64,000 bases of DNA. It comes from Dicyema japonicum. Taxonomy: Eukaryota; Animalia; Dicyemida. The number at the start of each line of letters is the position of its first letter. The first letter of the stretch is position 1. Location: NCBI GenBank assembly GCA_011109175.1, contig RDEW01000017.1:751855-815854 (forward strand), read 5' to 3'. Under the pieces are notes generated by a model. That model was not told the origin of the DNA. It did not search any database and was given only the letters and a program-made list of their open reading frames with translations. A program made the translations under genes and the position numbers. Shown piece by piece: positions 63,830 through 64,000 of this stretch.

Positions 63830-64000
63830 TTTCCCTCAGTGATTCTGCGGTGGTCCAGGCACACCAGGTGAATAATTGGCTATCCACAAACATGTTATCT
63901 GTATTAACAGATGGGTCTTCTTCCCTCAACGAAAGAGGATCGATTGGCTTTCTTTTCAGAGAAGTCTACCAGAAATAATGACCGAGGTTTCTTGCATTTT
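63830..64000 (+). mobile_element. Vingi-like RT fragment (window end)
   Basis: QVNNWLSTNMLSV resembles 58620-58690. Confidence 0.5.

Overview
AT-rich eukaryotic (almost certainly animal) nuclear DNA. It holds about 8-10 compact host genes with tiny GT-AG introns (mostly 21-31 nt) inside a dense field of non-LTR retrotransposons. Such small introns in an animal gene set point to a reduced parasite such as a dicyemid, orthonectid or myxozoan; this is inference only. Host genes: SUCLG1, a small mitochondrial membrane protein (NDUFB8-like, tentative), OSGEPL1, a ZU5-ZU5-UPA-death-domain protein, GADD45GIP1/mL64, OGDH, a MEIS/PREP-type TALE homeobox gene, a miniaturised Claspin and a few small orphan spliced genes. 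Mobile DNA: (i) a large Ingi/Vingi-like single-ORF LINE family, including one full-length 3.25 kb copy with an 11-bp TSD, an intact N-terminal 2A (StopGo) motif, a 5' HDV-ribozyme-like double-pseudoknot fold and a 3' stem-loop + GGGGTT(AAT)n end; (ii) a B-box SINE whose 3' end mimics that LINE; (iii) RTE, CRE-like and R4/NeSL-like elements; (iv) MULE, hAT and probable Tc1/IS630 relics. Conserved genes carry 1-2 nt indels, mostly in homopolymer runs and most likely assembly errors, so ORF boundaries are approximate. No rRNA, intact tRNA or CRISPR array was seen.
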